NCBI GenBank assembly: GCA_013265495.1
Contig: MU058065.1
Span: 7,440,302 to 7,504,301, forward strand
Reading direction: 5' to 3'
DNA from: Vicugna vicugna
Taxonomy: Eukaryota
Length of the DNA stretch: 64,000 nucleotides
Under the pieces are notes generated by a model. The model ran no database searches and was not told the DNA's origin. It saw nothing but the letters and a program-made list of their open reading frames with translations. Made by a program: the position numbers and the translations under genes. Numbering within the stretch: the stretch's first letter is position 1; every line of letters starts with the position of its first letter. Below, one piece after another: positions 25,887 through 38,889 of this stretch.

Positions 25887-26279
25887 GGTTTTTTTGCTCT
25901 TCTTTTTCTAACTCTTTTAGCTGGTGGGTTAGACTGTTTATTTGAGATTGTTCTTCTTTTTTTGAGGAAGGCCTGTATTACTATAAACTTCCCTCTTAGC
26001 ACTGCCTTTGCTCTGTCCCATAAACTTTGTGTGGTTGTGTTTTCATTTTCATTTGTCTCAAGGTATTTTTTAATTTCAACTTTGATTTCATCATTGACTC
26101 ATTGGTTTTTTAATAGCATGTTGTTTAATCTCCATGCTTTCCTTTTTTTTATTCGTTGTTTCTCTGCAGTTGATTTCCAGTTTCATGGCATTGTGGTCAG
26201 TAAAGATGCTTGAGAGAATTTCTATCTTCTTAAAATTATTGAGTCTTCTTTTGTGCCCAAGTGCATGATCAATCCTAGA
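25887..26279 (-). mobile_element. Young LINE-1 ORF2 internal fragment (end of endonuclease domain)
   Basis: ORF 26091..26300 contains SRIDHALGHKRRLNNFKKIEILSSIFTDHNAMKLEIN, the conserved C-terminal part of the L1 APE endonuclease. Confidence 0.95.
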
Positions 26280-26306
26280 CTGTAGTAAAAGTTGAGTCAT
26301 GGGAAA

Positions 26307-26332
26307 TGTATGTATGTACGTATGTATGTATG
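26307..26332. repeat. (ATGT)n microsatellite
   Basis: atgtatgtatgtacgtatgtatgtat read directly. Confidence 0.85.
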
Positions 26333-29261
26333 CATTTGCATACCTGCTCTAGGACTAGTTTTGCTCATCCACTGGTATATGCTATGATAATTCAATTTCT
26401 GCTAATTCTTCTTAACATGTTTAAAACTTAAATACTTAAGAATTGGCTAATTAATCCAAGACCCTAAAGAAACTACCCCCATTCCAGTGAGAGGCTGTAG
26501 ATGCTGAAGGAACACTCTGTTAAAGAATCTGAGAACCCTGCTGTGTGAGACCAAGCAAAATTTTTTTCACAAATAGAGAAGATATTATTTAGACTTTAAT
26601 TTGTGTAGTCTTTAATTTAAGAATTTTGGCCTTTAATTTCTTTAGATTATAACGTAAAGGAGGATTTGAATTTTTTAATTGCTCTCCAGGAGTTTAATAC
26701 TGCTAGGCAGTTAAAATTCAAGTTTCATTCATTCTTATTCTGCTGACATCATATTTCAGATTGTATTACTGTTATTCGCACTTACTCTATAACTTCTGAT
26801 GAATTATGTTGGGCATATCTTGGCTAGTGACAACTTGAGATAGGATAAAGAATAGGCAATGGATTGCAATCCTAGGGTGTTTAACCCATTTCAGAGCTTA
26901 CCAGAGCAAAGGTTAAATTCTGTGTTGCGATCCAGGGGGACTGTAGAAAGGAAGGGACATTGGCAGGAGGAGAGAGACCTCATAAGGAGGAAGTCAGATT
27001 ACCATGACACAGCAGGAATGAATAGTCTAACCCCTGGTAGACCATGAGCCTAATTACAACTTAACAGTTATAATAGTTCTTAAACAAAAATCTTGAGAGT
27101 TTAAGAGAGACATTCTCCACTCCTCATGTTTTCACAAAGGGGAGAACATTTCCACTGTACTACTCAGAAAGGGAAAGTAGGGAAGAATTCTCCGTCCCTT
27201 CTCCACCCTGGTCTTAAGTGGTGGTGTAATTGGATTTTAGGGCTTAGAAACATGTGGCTTAGTCCCTCTGAGTTTTCTTTTTCATGGCTCTGCCTTTTCC
27301 CTTTCTTTCCCATTGAGCTCATGAGGGTCAGAGGCCGGGTATGACTAAATGCTAGAGGCAGTCCAGAGGACAGACTTTTTCTTTACTGACTGTAGGGGCC
27401 TCGTGGGTGTGAGAGGGTGAGTCTGGGTAAAGAACTCTTCTCCACAGACCCTCACACTCCATTGAGAATAGGTCCTGATGTCTGGATCTGAGAACTGAGA
27501 AGTGTTCAGAAGACCCGTTGTGACCATATTTTACAAAATGGTTCGATTGGCCATTAAGCTGATATTTTTCTCTCTCCATCACCTGTCTCTTGTGTCTAAG
27601 TTTCAGTTGGTTCCAGTGTGAGGTGGGAGAGATGAGATTAATAATCACCTCTCAATTCCAACAAATATTAGTAAGAGTAATGTTTGTTGGTTCAGTAGAA
27701 GATTCTCCCTAAAGGATCTGACCAGCCACACTGCCAGGGTAAAGCCTGGGGAGAGTCACTGAAAAGACTGAGGGGTCCTTAGGGAAAGGAAGAAGGAAGG
27801 AAGCCCCAAAGAGATGGAATTTCAGGATGTCCCTTGGGCGAGGACTCTTTATGGATGCATAGGTAAATCAAGGAAAAAAGCAGAGAAATGTGTTGTACCA
27901 CAGCCTGGAGTTATCTGTGGATGTCTCATAATAACATTTTTTTTTCTGGTAACATACTGAAACTTCATAGTTTCCCAAATATCATGGGAATTACTAAAGG
28001 GATGCATATATGTGAGACATTTAAGAAACATCTATTGAATATGTTAAATGAAGGTGAGGAGTTCTATTTCACAGAGTTAATAAGAAATCCAGCAGTCTAA
28101 AGGGACACATTAAGAAAAAAAGAAAGCCGAAACCAAATTCTTATTTCTCCAATCTAAAGATTATAGGTCGGACTCACATAAACACTTCACAGAAATAAGC
28201 AGGGGTGGAAGGAGGTAAAAAGAAATATGCTATTAAATATATATTATCTTATCAAGCTGACCTGACACCTTCATCTTAAATGATACTTTAATAGTGAAGT
28301 CTTTGTTGTAAATTGTTTCATCATCAAGCCTGGGGACAATGCCCTAGAATAACTCTAGGTGAGACTACAAATAAAGGAAAATTCAAAGTATTTCTGTTGT
28401 GTTAAGTGGAAAATTGTTAGGGTCACAGATGCCAGGTTGAAAGACCAAAAAAAGAAAAAAATCTAATCAGGAAATGCGAAAGCTAAGATTTTAGCCAATT
28501 AACTCACCCTGATGACTCATTCCAGATGTATTAAGTTTTCACATTTAACAGCCTCTTCATTGAAAATGCTAAATACCATCTGTCTCCAGCAGATGAGTTA
28601 ATGCTAGTCTTAAAGCCTTAAAGTTCACATTTCCTAATTCTTTTGTTTGAAAATAAATAACCTTTATGTTGCAGCAGCATGGTCTTGGGAATGCAATTTC
28701 TTTGCCCAACTGAGAGAAAGAAATACAAAAATTCCAGAACTGAGCTCTCAGGTTGTGAAATGTTCTGTGGGTCAATGAAGGTTGGTTTTGTGCACAAGTT
28801 GCTTCAGCTGGATCTGTCCCTGGGATTCTTTTTAAGATTATGTTACTTGCCTTTTTAGCCAAATCTCAATTCTTCATTAAAGTTGAGCCCACATGTGATG
28901 CTGGATATGGGAAATATCTGTCTGGCCCCATCATGATCCTCTGAAAATGCCTCCAAAGGGCAAACAACAACCTTTCCATTTACTCCTCCCTCCTTTCCTC
29001 AGCAACAATTTTTTTTTTAAGGTAGGAAAGTGCTATTTGGTTTGTACAAGAACATTTGGCCTTATACATTTTGGGTGTTAAGTAAGAATGAGGGAGGTAA
29101 TAAAGAAAATTTATCAACAATTTTTTTTATAAGATAATAAAGGGTAATTGAAGGGAAAAAAGGCCTGCTGTGCTTTTGAGATCCCAGAGACCCAAGGATA
29201 TACACAAATTTAGATTGTGAATTTGATGGGAGTAAGGACTGGATTTCACGCTAAGATTAGA

Positions 29262-29375
29262 TTCTGGTTCCAGCCCAGTCACTAACTTGCCAGTGACTAT
29301 GGGCAAGTGACTTCATCCCATGGGCCCTAGTTTTCTCTTCTTCAAATGATGGGGTAGGACTAAGATGATCTAAGG
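29262..29375 (+). mobile_element. MIR3-like SINE
   Basis: cactaacttgccagtgactatgggcaagtgactt...gggccctagttttctc...ggactaagatgatctaagg. Confidence 0.7.
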
Positions 29376-29811
29376 CAATATACAGATTGCCCTGATGCTG
29401 AATGCTTGAGTAAAAAGGGAATTAATTTATATAAGGAGATTCTTGGTGAGGTGGGTTGGCAGCTCCAAGACAAATACTCTGAGATCATTTACTGTTTTAC
29501 TTTGTCCCAGGCTCTTTGCACTTAAATTCTTAGCATTCCAGGCCTTTCAAAATTGAGCTCTTAACTTACCTTTCCAATTTCTATTGGCACTTCTTCCTTG
29601 TGCACAAGCTTTTACTTTTCTTCCAATATCTGCTGTATTCCTTCTCCTGCTATGTTCATGCTGCGGTTTCCACTATACTCTGCCTTCTACCTCTGCTTAC
29701 CAAAATCCTACTTCATCCCCTAATCATAGATGCATTTTTCAGTATGTCCTTTCTGACATCCCCTTACTTATCTCTCCCTAAAACTTTGATATGATTTATC
29801 ATCCTCTAATC

Positions 29812-30046
29812 CAGGGTTTTTTAAGCTCAGCACTACAGACATTTTGGCCCAGGTTCTTTTTAGTTATAGGAGACTGTCCTGTTTATTTTAGGATGTCAGC
29901 AGCATTCCTGTCCTCCATCCACTAGATGCCAGTGTTACCCTCCGACCTCTCCCCCACCCCTTCCAATCTGTGGCAGTTGAAAGTGTCTCCAGACATTGTC
30001 AAATGTCCCTTAGGGGCGCAAAATCACCCTTGGTGGAGAATCACTG
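29812..30046 (-). mobile_element. MER20 hAT-Charlie MITE with 8-bp TSD
   Basis: cagggtttt...ccactagatgccag...gtctccagacattgtcaaatgtccc...gagaatcactg; TSD ctctaatc / ctctaacc (7/8). Confidence 0.92.
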
Positions 30047-30054
30047 CTCTAACC

Positions 30055-30398
30055 TTCCATCCTACTCATGGTACCATGTGACTAGTGTTGGCCAATGAGT
30101 TGTGAATGTAAGTGAAGTGTTATATCCAAGCTAAAGCATTCAATTGCTGGTATGAAGCCATTCAGAGCTCTCTTTCCCTCTGCCACAGTAGCCAGCAATG
30201 CCCCAGATGGTGGCTGCTTCATTGGGTTGAATCCTACGGTGAGGATCGTATGAGACAGAACCTATAGTCACACCACAAGGTATGTGTAGCATGGGTGAGA
30301 AATATTGTTTGTTGTTTGAAGCCACTGATATTTGTGTGTGTACTGGGAGGGGGCAAAATTTTTATCGTAGCACAACCTCACTCAAACTGAATGATGCA
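30055..30398 (+). mobile_element. MaLR LTR (MLT1I-like)
   Basis: ccatgtgactagtgttggccaatgagttgtga...aagcattcaattgctgg...ccagatggtggctgct...gtgagaaata...aagccactga. Confidence 0.8.
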
Positions 30399-32103
30399 CA
30401 CCATGTAGCTGTAGGTCTAATATAGCTTGAGTCCCTTCTATGTGCCATGTACTGTGTTAAGCTTTCAAAGAAAGACACGAAATTATCAATCACAGAATTC
30501 ACAACTTAGCCACCTCTTCCATTCCGATGAAAACTCAAGAACAGCTCCAAATTCTGCAAAGCATAATTCAAACTCTTTTTTTAACCCTCCCATCTACTCC
30601 CAATTTTCGCTGACCACACTGTAGTTACCTAGATATTAAAGGGTCTGGAAGATCTTCTATTCTCAGTGTACATCTACTCTAATATATCCACATGCAAGAG
30701 AGCATGTGTTTAAAGATGACAGAGGCCCTGGAGTGTATCCAGACCGCTGGTATCAGGAACCTCACATTATACCTCGATTTGCATAATGATACCTTACTAG
30801 GACACAGTGATTTTTATTTACTTCAAGGCACTGTCATATAAATTATCTCATTCAACGGGCTGGTAGTTTTAATCTGACTGGTTTGCGTTTTGTTACAAAG
30901 GGGAAAGTCACACAGCTAGTTGGTGGTGAAGAGCTAGAATCATTTCAGATCTTTTTTCATTTGACATGGTTCCAAGCCCTTGTTATAAGCAGGGTGCTGG
31001 GCAAAGATGCCAGCTCTCATGACCCAGGGCCCCAGTGAGGATCTCCTTGTCTCTGTATTTGGAGGTCCCTGGTGAGGCACACTCATCCTAAAGCTGACAC
31101 ACAGCTCCCTCCTTCTAACCAGGGAAGTCTAGCCTGTTATCTTATTTACCTCATGACCGAAATGACAATGCCCATATTTTCATCACAAAACTGAAGAGCT
31201 CACTTAAGATAGTCACACTGCTAGAATTCAGAGTGATTCCGGTTCAATCTTTTCTGAATCCTGGCCCCTGTGCTGCAAAAGCAATCTCTTCTTCCGTCTT
31301 GCCTTCTCCCTGGCTTCCTCACTCTGTTCCCCAGGGACCTCGCATCTCTTTCCTTTCCTGTCTTTCTCCTCCTCTTCGTTCCTGCCATCCATGTTATGGA
31401 ATAGAAATAGTTTCCTGGGCCACAGCATGATTTGAGTTTAGAAACACAAGTGGAGCCAGTTTCCCACTTAGCAGACAGTCCCTTTCAAAGAATTCTTGAC
31501 AAAATTATTTAGTCTCTGTTTATACCTTGGTTCCCAAGGGGGCCCATTCTAATGATTGGTAGTTTAAGTAACTGTATAGTTTTCTAGTTTTTACTATTAG
31601 CGAGATAGGAAAACGTATCCCGGCTGTTCTGTGTGAGACTCTCCTCTGCCCAGCAACTTCACTATGTTCCTTTCCAGGCCCTGATGGGCAGGGCGAATAG
31701 CTCATGCATCTTTCTCTCCTGAGTAATGATTCTCTGACTTTTAGAAACCACAAGGGCTCAGTATCTGGGACAACTCTTAAGGGCTTTATTATGTATTTTG
31801 AGCTTCAAGAGTGGGCCCCAAATTGAGTGCGGTATCTGAGAGGGCAACAGTCAAAGTCTTAAGAGAGGAACAGTTGGCAGCTATTCTCTGAAATTCTCTG
31901 CTTCACCTAGAGTATGCTTTTTAGTGACCTATGACATCCCTACACTTCTGCTCGCTGGTCTGCAAATACCCATGGCCTCTCCTACATCCATGCCTTTGCT
32001 TATGCTGTTCCTTTTGCCTACAACTTTCAAAACTTTTCCTGAGTTATCTACCTGGGCTTCTGCCTTATATTATAATAATTGATATTCTTGCCCCCAATTC
32101 CCA

Positions 32104-32161
32104 CCAGTCCCATAGTATTACTAAATTACTATCCAGTCCCGTAGTATTACTAAATTACTAT
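32104..32161. repeat. 29-bp tandem duplication (2 copies, 1 mismatch)
   Basis: ccagtcccAtagtattactaaattactat followed directly by ccagtcccGtagtattactaaattactat. Confidence 0.97.
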
Positions 32162-33743
32162 CAACTTGAGGGCAAGAATTAGATATGACTTATTTTTTTA
32201 AAATCCTTATCCAGCACCTAGCACAGTACCTTGGGCTCAGAATGGGTCTGTGATACCAGAAAAGAGAGAGCTGGTGCAGTTTATGACCTAGTTCATTGAA
32301 AGGTTAGGTCACTTAGACAGGAATTTCACACAAAGGAAGTAAGTCCAGCCTATTACTCCTTGTGGCTGAAAACCACAGCTGACGAATCAGCCCGGGCAGG
32401 TTGTCCTTCCAAAGTAGAAATGTTTAGGCAAAGAGGACAAACTGTTTGATGGAGGAAGATTAGAGAGTGCTACTGGGCAGTGGCAAGGAGGAAGCTCTTG
32501 TCTGAACTTCCCTGGATCTATGTCACTGACTTGCCAATACACTGAATTTAAAAAAAGGTAAAAGCTCACATGCCCAGGCCTAAATGTGATCCTTCCCCCA
32601 GACAGACAGGCACATAGGCTGCAAGCCAGGCTCATACTTTGCCCTCTGGTGTGACCTTAGAGGGCAGGACCAGGAACAAAATCCTGGTTCAGGGAAACAA
32701 TGGTGTGTAAATAATTCACCTCCACTCCCCGGTGATGCTGTGTGACATAGTTGATGGGGGACCTTCACCTTCTTCTGCTGACTATGGAGATAGCTGGGGA
32801 GAAACAGGGCAGAAGGAGAGGAATGGGAGTGAGCTTGCTGCGGGGCTGCAGGATGTTGTCAGGGTGTGTGTGGGCTGGGTCTGATTGCAAGGACAATGGA
32901 GGCAGCTCCAGCCCCACCGTGCCCTGGCAGGATCCCTGCCAATCACAGAGGAAACTCCCCCGAGCCACATGCAAAGATGACATGAATGAGAAACTCAACA
33001 TCCCTGCATGATGCCATTTTGCCATGAAAGGAGTTTCTTCCTCCACCCCCACCCCCACATTATCTACTTAAATAGTTCCTTGAAAAAGAAGGATGAGCAA
33101 TGATGCAGAGCCTAGGAAATTCTACCTGACAGCAGGAGGGTAGAGTAAGTACATGTGTGCACATCTACCACTCCCAACACTTGGGTCCTGAGTCCAGCTT
33201 CATCACCTCTCATTTTCCTTTGCAGAAAGTTACTAACCCACAAATAGCACATTATGATATGTTGCCGTATTGTATAACTGTCTGTAATTACATAATTCAC
33301 GTAATAGCTTAATCTTTTAGTAGTTCAGGATAAGCCTTTTTCTCCCTGAAGAGTTGTCGATGTCTAGAAGACTATAGTGTTTTTTGGTTCTTTTGTGCCT
33401 TATCACAGTTGGCATAGTTCTGGGCACATGGGCACTTCCCTGTGTATATTTGTGAATGGGTTCTTTTTATCAGCTTTATTATCTGATGTCAATAGAATTC
33501 TATCATTTTCACTATATCATGACAATAAAATGTCTCCTAAGGGCTTAGAGCCAAAAGGAGAGAGAATATGGTCATCAACCATTCTCCATGTAATTCTATC
33601 TATGAATATAAATGAACAGACAAGATTGTGCTATTGAACAAATGCACATGAGTGGCTCAGTGGGCTGGCTGGTGATTTTCCTCTTAAGCACTCAAACCAT
33701 TTGTCTAACCCCTAGGTGGGTGGCATATGTTTAATGTAAGCAC

Positions 33744-33972
33744 AATGTTAATAAGAACTAACATTTACTGAGCACTTACTATGTGCCAGACATGTCCTAA
33801 GCCCTTCACATGTTTTAACTCATTTAATCCTCACAACAAACCCTGTAATTACCCCTGTGTTACAGATAAGAAAGGCTGAGGGATGTTGAACAGCTGGGTT
33901 TTGTGAGTGGCGGGTCTTTCTTTGAACCCAGAAAGCCTGGATTCCAAACCCATGCTTTTAATCACTGAGCTG
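33744..33972 (-). mobile_element. MIR SINE, well preserved
   Basis: ctaacatttactgagcacttactatgtgccag...actcatttaatcctcacaacaa...ttacagataagaaa...tttgaaccca. Confidence 0.92.
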
Positions 33973-35129
33973 TGTAAGAAAAACATATTCACACACATTT
34001 ATACCATATCTCTTAATCTCTTTTAGAATAGATATGAAAAATTGTTTTTCTTTTATTGCCAAGTGGGGAGGTTTTTCTTGTATTTTGCATTCTTGACTAT
34101 CACGTTAGGCCAAGCACAGGGCTAACGTCGGCCATCAGCTTAGCACATAGAGCTATTGATCGGCCATTTGGATCAGCGCCTCAGAGCACATCCTTGGAAA
34201 GGGATATACTGATTAAAGATGAAATGAGGCTAATGTACTGCTCTTGGGAAAAAGATTAAATGTGCTCACAATGAAAGAGCAGACATGACCATAATTAATG
34301 AAGTAATAATCACTTTTGGGCTTAAGTAAGTCCTGATTCTTTGATTACAAGTCCTTCCATTTGAAGAGAACTGGAAGGGCTTGTGGTGAGTATCAGTAAA
34401 ACTGTTTCATCTTAGGGCTGCAGTTGTGCTTGATCAATTTATCTGTCATTTTCCAAAGAGCTCCTGAGGTTTTCTTCTTCCCGTCTTTGTGCTTTCAATT
34501 GGTTTTAATCAGAGGCGAGATGCTGATTCAGCTTCTAGTCTGAATTTATTCAGCTGGTGCAAAGATTCAGTGGCAGGGTTGCATTTACATTTTTATCACT
34601 GTCTCTTAAACCTGAATAATTTATCATGTTCTTTCCAGCCCCTCACCTGCATCATTTTACAGACCCAGAGTGAAGTTCTTGCCTTTGTAATCACACTTAT
34701 TTGGATATGCCTGCTGTTTCTCATGGACTCTGTCAGGGCAAAGTTTGGGTGGGAAACTTCTTTCTCTTACTGACTGATTCATATTAGTTAGATTTGTCAG
34801 CGATTTCTTTGCATGCATTCCCTTTCAAAGTTCGTGGATTCTGCAACAAATTAACTGGCTACGAAATAAAATGTTTCTGGCTGGGAATCTGATATGTTCC
34901 TTCTAAATGCATTTTTTTTTTTTTTGGTGAAGAGATCAAAAGTGACAGTGAACTCCGAAAGTGATTGTGACATCCCAGCCCAACACACTCTGTCATTCCT
35001 TTCAACTTAAATTTCAGTGCACTTTTCTGTTGTTAGATCCAAACTGCAGTTGGTAGCAGTTGATTTGTAGTGGTAAATGTCGAGATTTCTGTCATTTCCT
35101 AGGATGAGTCTCAGTTCCTGGCATCCTTG

Positions 35130-35404
35130 GACTCAACTCACATGCCATGAAGCCTTCCCTGAGACCCTCCCCATCACACTGCTAAGGCTGCATTAGGTTT
35201 CCCTCTTCTGTGTTCTCACAGCAGCCTCTGCATACATATCTTTTTTGCTGTGTTCAGCATATTGCATTGTACTTTTTAATATATCTTTTTCTCTCACTAA
35301 TCTAAGACATGTGAGGGTGTGATCAGATTTATTAATCTCTGTATCCTTGGTGGATACCATAGTCTCTGCACATATAGGTTTTGTTACTTGAATGAATGAA
35401 TGAA
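35130..35404 (+). mobile_element. LINE-2 3' end
   Basis: gaagccttccctga...atctctgtatcc...ttgaatgaatgaatgaa terminal repeat. Confidence 0.8.
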
Positions 35405-35464
35405 AGGACAGTGTCCTATTAATAGTTCCGTGTCATCTCTAGACAATTCTCTCTCTATCCCTAG

Positions 35465-35660
35465 GGTGTATTGGAAAAAACGTAGACCTTTGAGTCAGAC
35501 ATCTCTGCCCTCTGTTCCGGTTCCCTCAACTTCTAATCTTGGGCTAGTCTTTCAACATCTTTCACATTCCTTTCCTAATCTGGAAAACAGAAATGATAAA
35601 CTATACCTCCTTTATTGGGTTTTCATGAGGATTTCATGATGATTAAGTGTATGATATTTC
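35465..35660 (+). mobile_element. MIR SINE
   Basis: ctttgagtcagaca...tcttgggctagtc...tttcctaatctggaaaa...atgaggatttcatga. Confidence 0.65.
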
Positions 35661-35986
35661 AGTAAATAAGAGGTGTCATTCTCCCTCATCCCCGTATCAC
35701 TAAACATATGTTCCAACACACTTACTCTAGCTTCTCTGAAGTTGAATCTTCAGAACACACCACTGGTCTCTGGCTGTCCCTTCAGTCCCTTCATATTTTT
35801 CTTGCTAAGAAGAGGGCATGAGCACCCGGACCCTGCCTGAGCTCTAGGTTCAGGATAAGCTCTCACTTTAACTAAAGACCCCTCCCCTCGGAGTCTCTTG
35901 CTCAGTCTAACCAACTCAGTACAGGCAGTGTCTAATTTTAGAAGGAAAGCAATTACTTGATGTTTGCTCTCTGAAATCCTCTAAAT

Positions 35987-36206
35987 TAGTGATTCTCAAC
36001 TAGAGGTGATTTTGTTCCCTGGAAGATGTTTGGCAATGTCTGAAGATATTTTCGATGACCATAACTGGGGTGGGTGGAATGATATACACATCTAGGGGGT
36101 AGAGGCCAGAGCTGCTGCTCAACATTCTTCAATGCAGACGATGTCCCTAGACAACAAAGAATTACCTGGGCCCGAATGTCAACAGTGCCGGAGTTGAGAA
36201 ACCCTA
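35987..36206 (+). mobile_element. MER20 hAT-Charlie MITE with 8-bp TSD
   Basis: tagtgattctcaac...ggtgattttg...tttggcaatgtctgaaga...ggtagaggccag...aatgtcaacagtgc...gttgagaaacccta; TSD ctctaaat / ttctaagt (6/8). Confidence 0.92.
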
Positions 36207-36531
36207 TTCTAAGTGATAGAGAATGGATACTTTCTTCTTCAACACATAAAGGAACACAAAACAAGTCACAACTAGGTGTCAAAAGAAGACTCTCCTGAAT
36301 GTTGATGCTAATAAATTTCTCTATTCACTTCACTGCATTGTCAAACTAGACCACTATTTATTTATTCTTGCCCTACACTAACATTATTCTTTGACAGTAT
36401 GTATTAATATAAATACAAGTTTCAGGTGGGGGACTGGGTAGCAACAGAAACTTATTAGCATTGGATGGTGATATGGGATAAAAAAATCTCTTACCACATC
36501 TTCTAGGTTTCTTGGCAGATGAGGATATTTA

Positions 36532-36915
36532 GCAGCTTAATTTGTGGTTAAAAGCATCATCTTTCTACTCAGGCTGCTCTGTTCTGGTGTCATTCCCTGC
36601 TCTGCTACATATTTAGCTGTGATGTTGCACAACTTAACCAACCTCTCTGTGTCTTGATTTCCTCACTGTACAATGGGAAATACACCATAGCCTCATAGAG
36701 TTGTTATAAAGATAAGTAATATAAAGCAAGAAATCAGCTCTCTTCATCCTGGCTCTGCAACTTACCTTGAGCAGTAATTAAAAATTTTTATGCTCAAAGT
36801 GGTTCACCTATAAAATGGAAATACTAATATTTATTTCATAGGGATGTTGTAAGCATTAAATGAGATAACATATGGAAAATGCTTTTGTACCTAGTGAACC
36901 CTTGAAAAACTGTAA
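36532..36915 (+). mobile_element. Two adjacent MIR SINEs, head to tail
   Basis: Two successive cores: aacctctctgtgtcttgatttcctcactgtacaatggg and cctataaaatggaaatactaata...cattaaatgagataacatat. Confidence 0.75.
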
Positions 36916-38124
36916 CAGTTTCTACTCTTTGAACAGCTGCTATACAAGATCAGAAAGACAAAGTATCATAATTGCTCACTGGGCAAAGGATGCAGATTGG
37001 TTAAGGGGGACTCAGTGATTGTCTGTGGGTGTCACTGTCTGGGTTTGCTCTCATTCCTTCTGGGTCCAACAAGTGAAGAAGAATCATCTGTAGAAAATGC
37101 GGATGTAGTCAGGTGAGAGTAACTTCAATACAGTACTTACTTAAAGGGCTGAGGAGAAATGTAGGCTGTGGAGGGAAGAATTCCTTCTCATTCTCATCAC
37201 CATCAGTGCACGCATGTTCCCTTATTCTGATGATACTCTACAAGTCCAGCTTGAGAGATTGGTTTAATAACAGAGTAAACATGGTGGTAATTTGGGGGGA
37301 AAAAAACTTTCAATTGGCAATAATCACTTCTAAGTTAAGCCCCTGGGGCCATGATCCTGTCACTGAGTTGGACTGAGTGACGTTTCCCTTGGGCGTCTGG
37401 ATAAGATCTGAATGGCAGCGGAGGGCAGTAATGTGAACTGTGCCTAATTGTTTGGGGTGAAGAACAGGGGACCATCAATCTGTCTTTGGGCTTAGGCTGG
37501 CCCAAGAGCAAGTATAGGCAAATTAAAGAATAATTCTGTAGATAAATGACATCAGGAAAATATTCCACTTGTCTGATGACTACTGGCTAATAAGACCTAC
37601 TCTGAATCAAAGACAAAGATGCATGGGATGAGCTCCAGCACTTTTTTTTTTTAAGGATTATTATTAGTGCTAACAATAGCTCCCTGAGAGTCATGCCTTA
37701 CCTTATATTTGGGATATGTAAAAACAGTGGGATGGTAAAAATTAATCAGAAAGCACTTAAATTACTTGAAAGAAAAGGAGATGTTATAAATAGACCCCAT
37801 TTCAGAGCCAAATTGCACCTTCCATACCTTATGCAAAAATCCAGTTTTCTTTCTTGCTTGTCTCAAACAGAATAAACAAACAGCAAGAGATGAGAAAGAT
37901 GACCAGGCAGATTTGACTCAATTAAAAATAGACTCTAAGGCATTCTATAAAATTGGTTCTGTAATTAACAATAATCCTGTGAAAACAACAAGCAAATTAT
38001 TTTACAGGCTTATAATTTAAAATCATTAACAGTGAGTGTAGTGTGCCCAAATAATCATGTTCCATGCCAGTCATAAACACTGCATACAAGCATGCTGATG
38101 TATACTTACTGAATGTCAGTCCTA

Positions 38125-38465
38125 GTTTTATGAAACTTTCAAGAAAATGATTGTTCCAGTAATCAGAAAACTCTTTTAGAAATAAAAAAAGAGAAAATTC
38201 TCCTCAAGTAACTATAAGGTCAGTAAACTCTTGACTTCAAAATTAGACAAGGACAGAAGGAAAAAGAAAAATTACAGGTTAATCTCACAAATGTGGATGT
38301 AAAATTGTTAAAACAAAACATTAACAAAATAAATTGAATGGTATATAAAACTATGATACATCATAATAAAATTAAGTACATTCCACAAAGCAACAGTGGT
38401 TGCACACTAGAAATCTATAAATATAATTTACCACATGGAATTGAACATAGGAATATATATATGTA

Positions 38466-38513
<48 letters not shown>

Positions 38514-38570
38514 AAATCATCTCAGTAGATGCCAAAAAAGCATTTGATGAAATCCAACACATATTCTATA
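38125..38570 (+). mobile_element. Old LINE-1 (L1M) ORF2, N-terminal RT region
   Basis: ORF 38435..38665 includes IISVDAKKAFDEIQH, matching the L1 RT motif IISIDAEKAFDKIQH; the upstream gaaaattacaggttaatctc corresponds to ENYRPIS. Confidence 0.85.
38472..38503. repeat. (TG)16 microsatellite within a TA/TG compound run
   Basis: Perfect TG run flanked by TA repeats. Confidence 0.97.
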
Positions 38571-38870
38571 GATTTAAATATATGTTTATACACATACATG
38601 TCTTATATATACTTATGTATGTATGGGTATATATAATTATATGTTATATATATATCCTTATATAATTGTACATGTATATTCTTAAAAGTATATATATAAT
38701 TTATGTGTATGTGATATATACTTATATAAATGCATAGAGTTAGATATAAATAGTCTATATATACATAATAATGTAAATATGTATAATAAATACATATATA
38801 TCATACATATATATATTTAGGTATAATTACTATCATTATACCAGTACATAAATATGCATGCAGATGTATG
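38571..38870. repeat. TA-rich low-complexity tract
   Basis: Degenerate (TA)n/(TATG)n sequence over about 300 bp. Confidence 0.85.
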
Positions 38871-38889
38871 GTAGAATAAATTCAATTAT

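Noticed and set aside
32104..32161. 29-bp direct repeat as a CRISPR-like unit
   Set aside because: Two abutting copies with no spacer, in mammalian DNA; a simple tandem duplication.
38571..38870. Apparent hairpins in the TA-rich tract
   Set aside because: Self-complementarity is trivial for degenerate (TA)n sequence.
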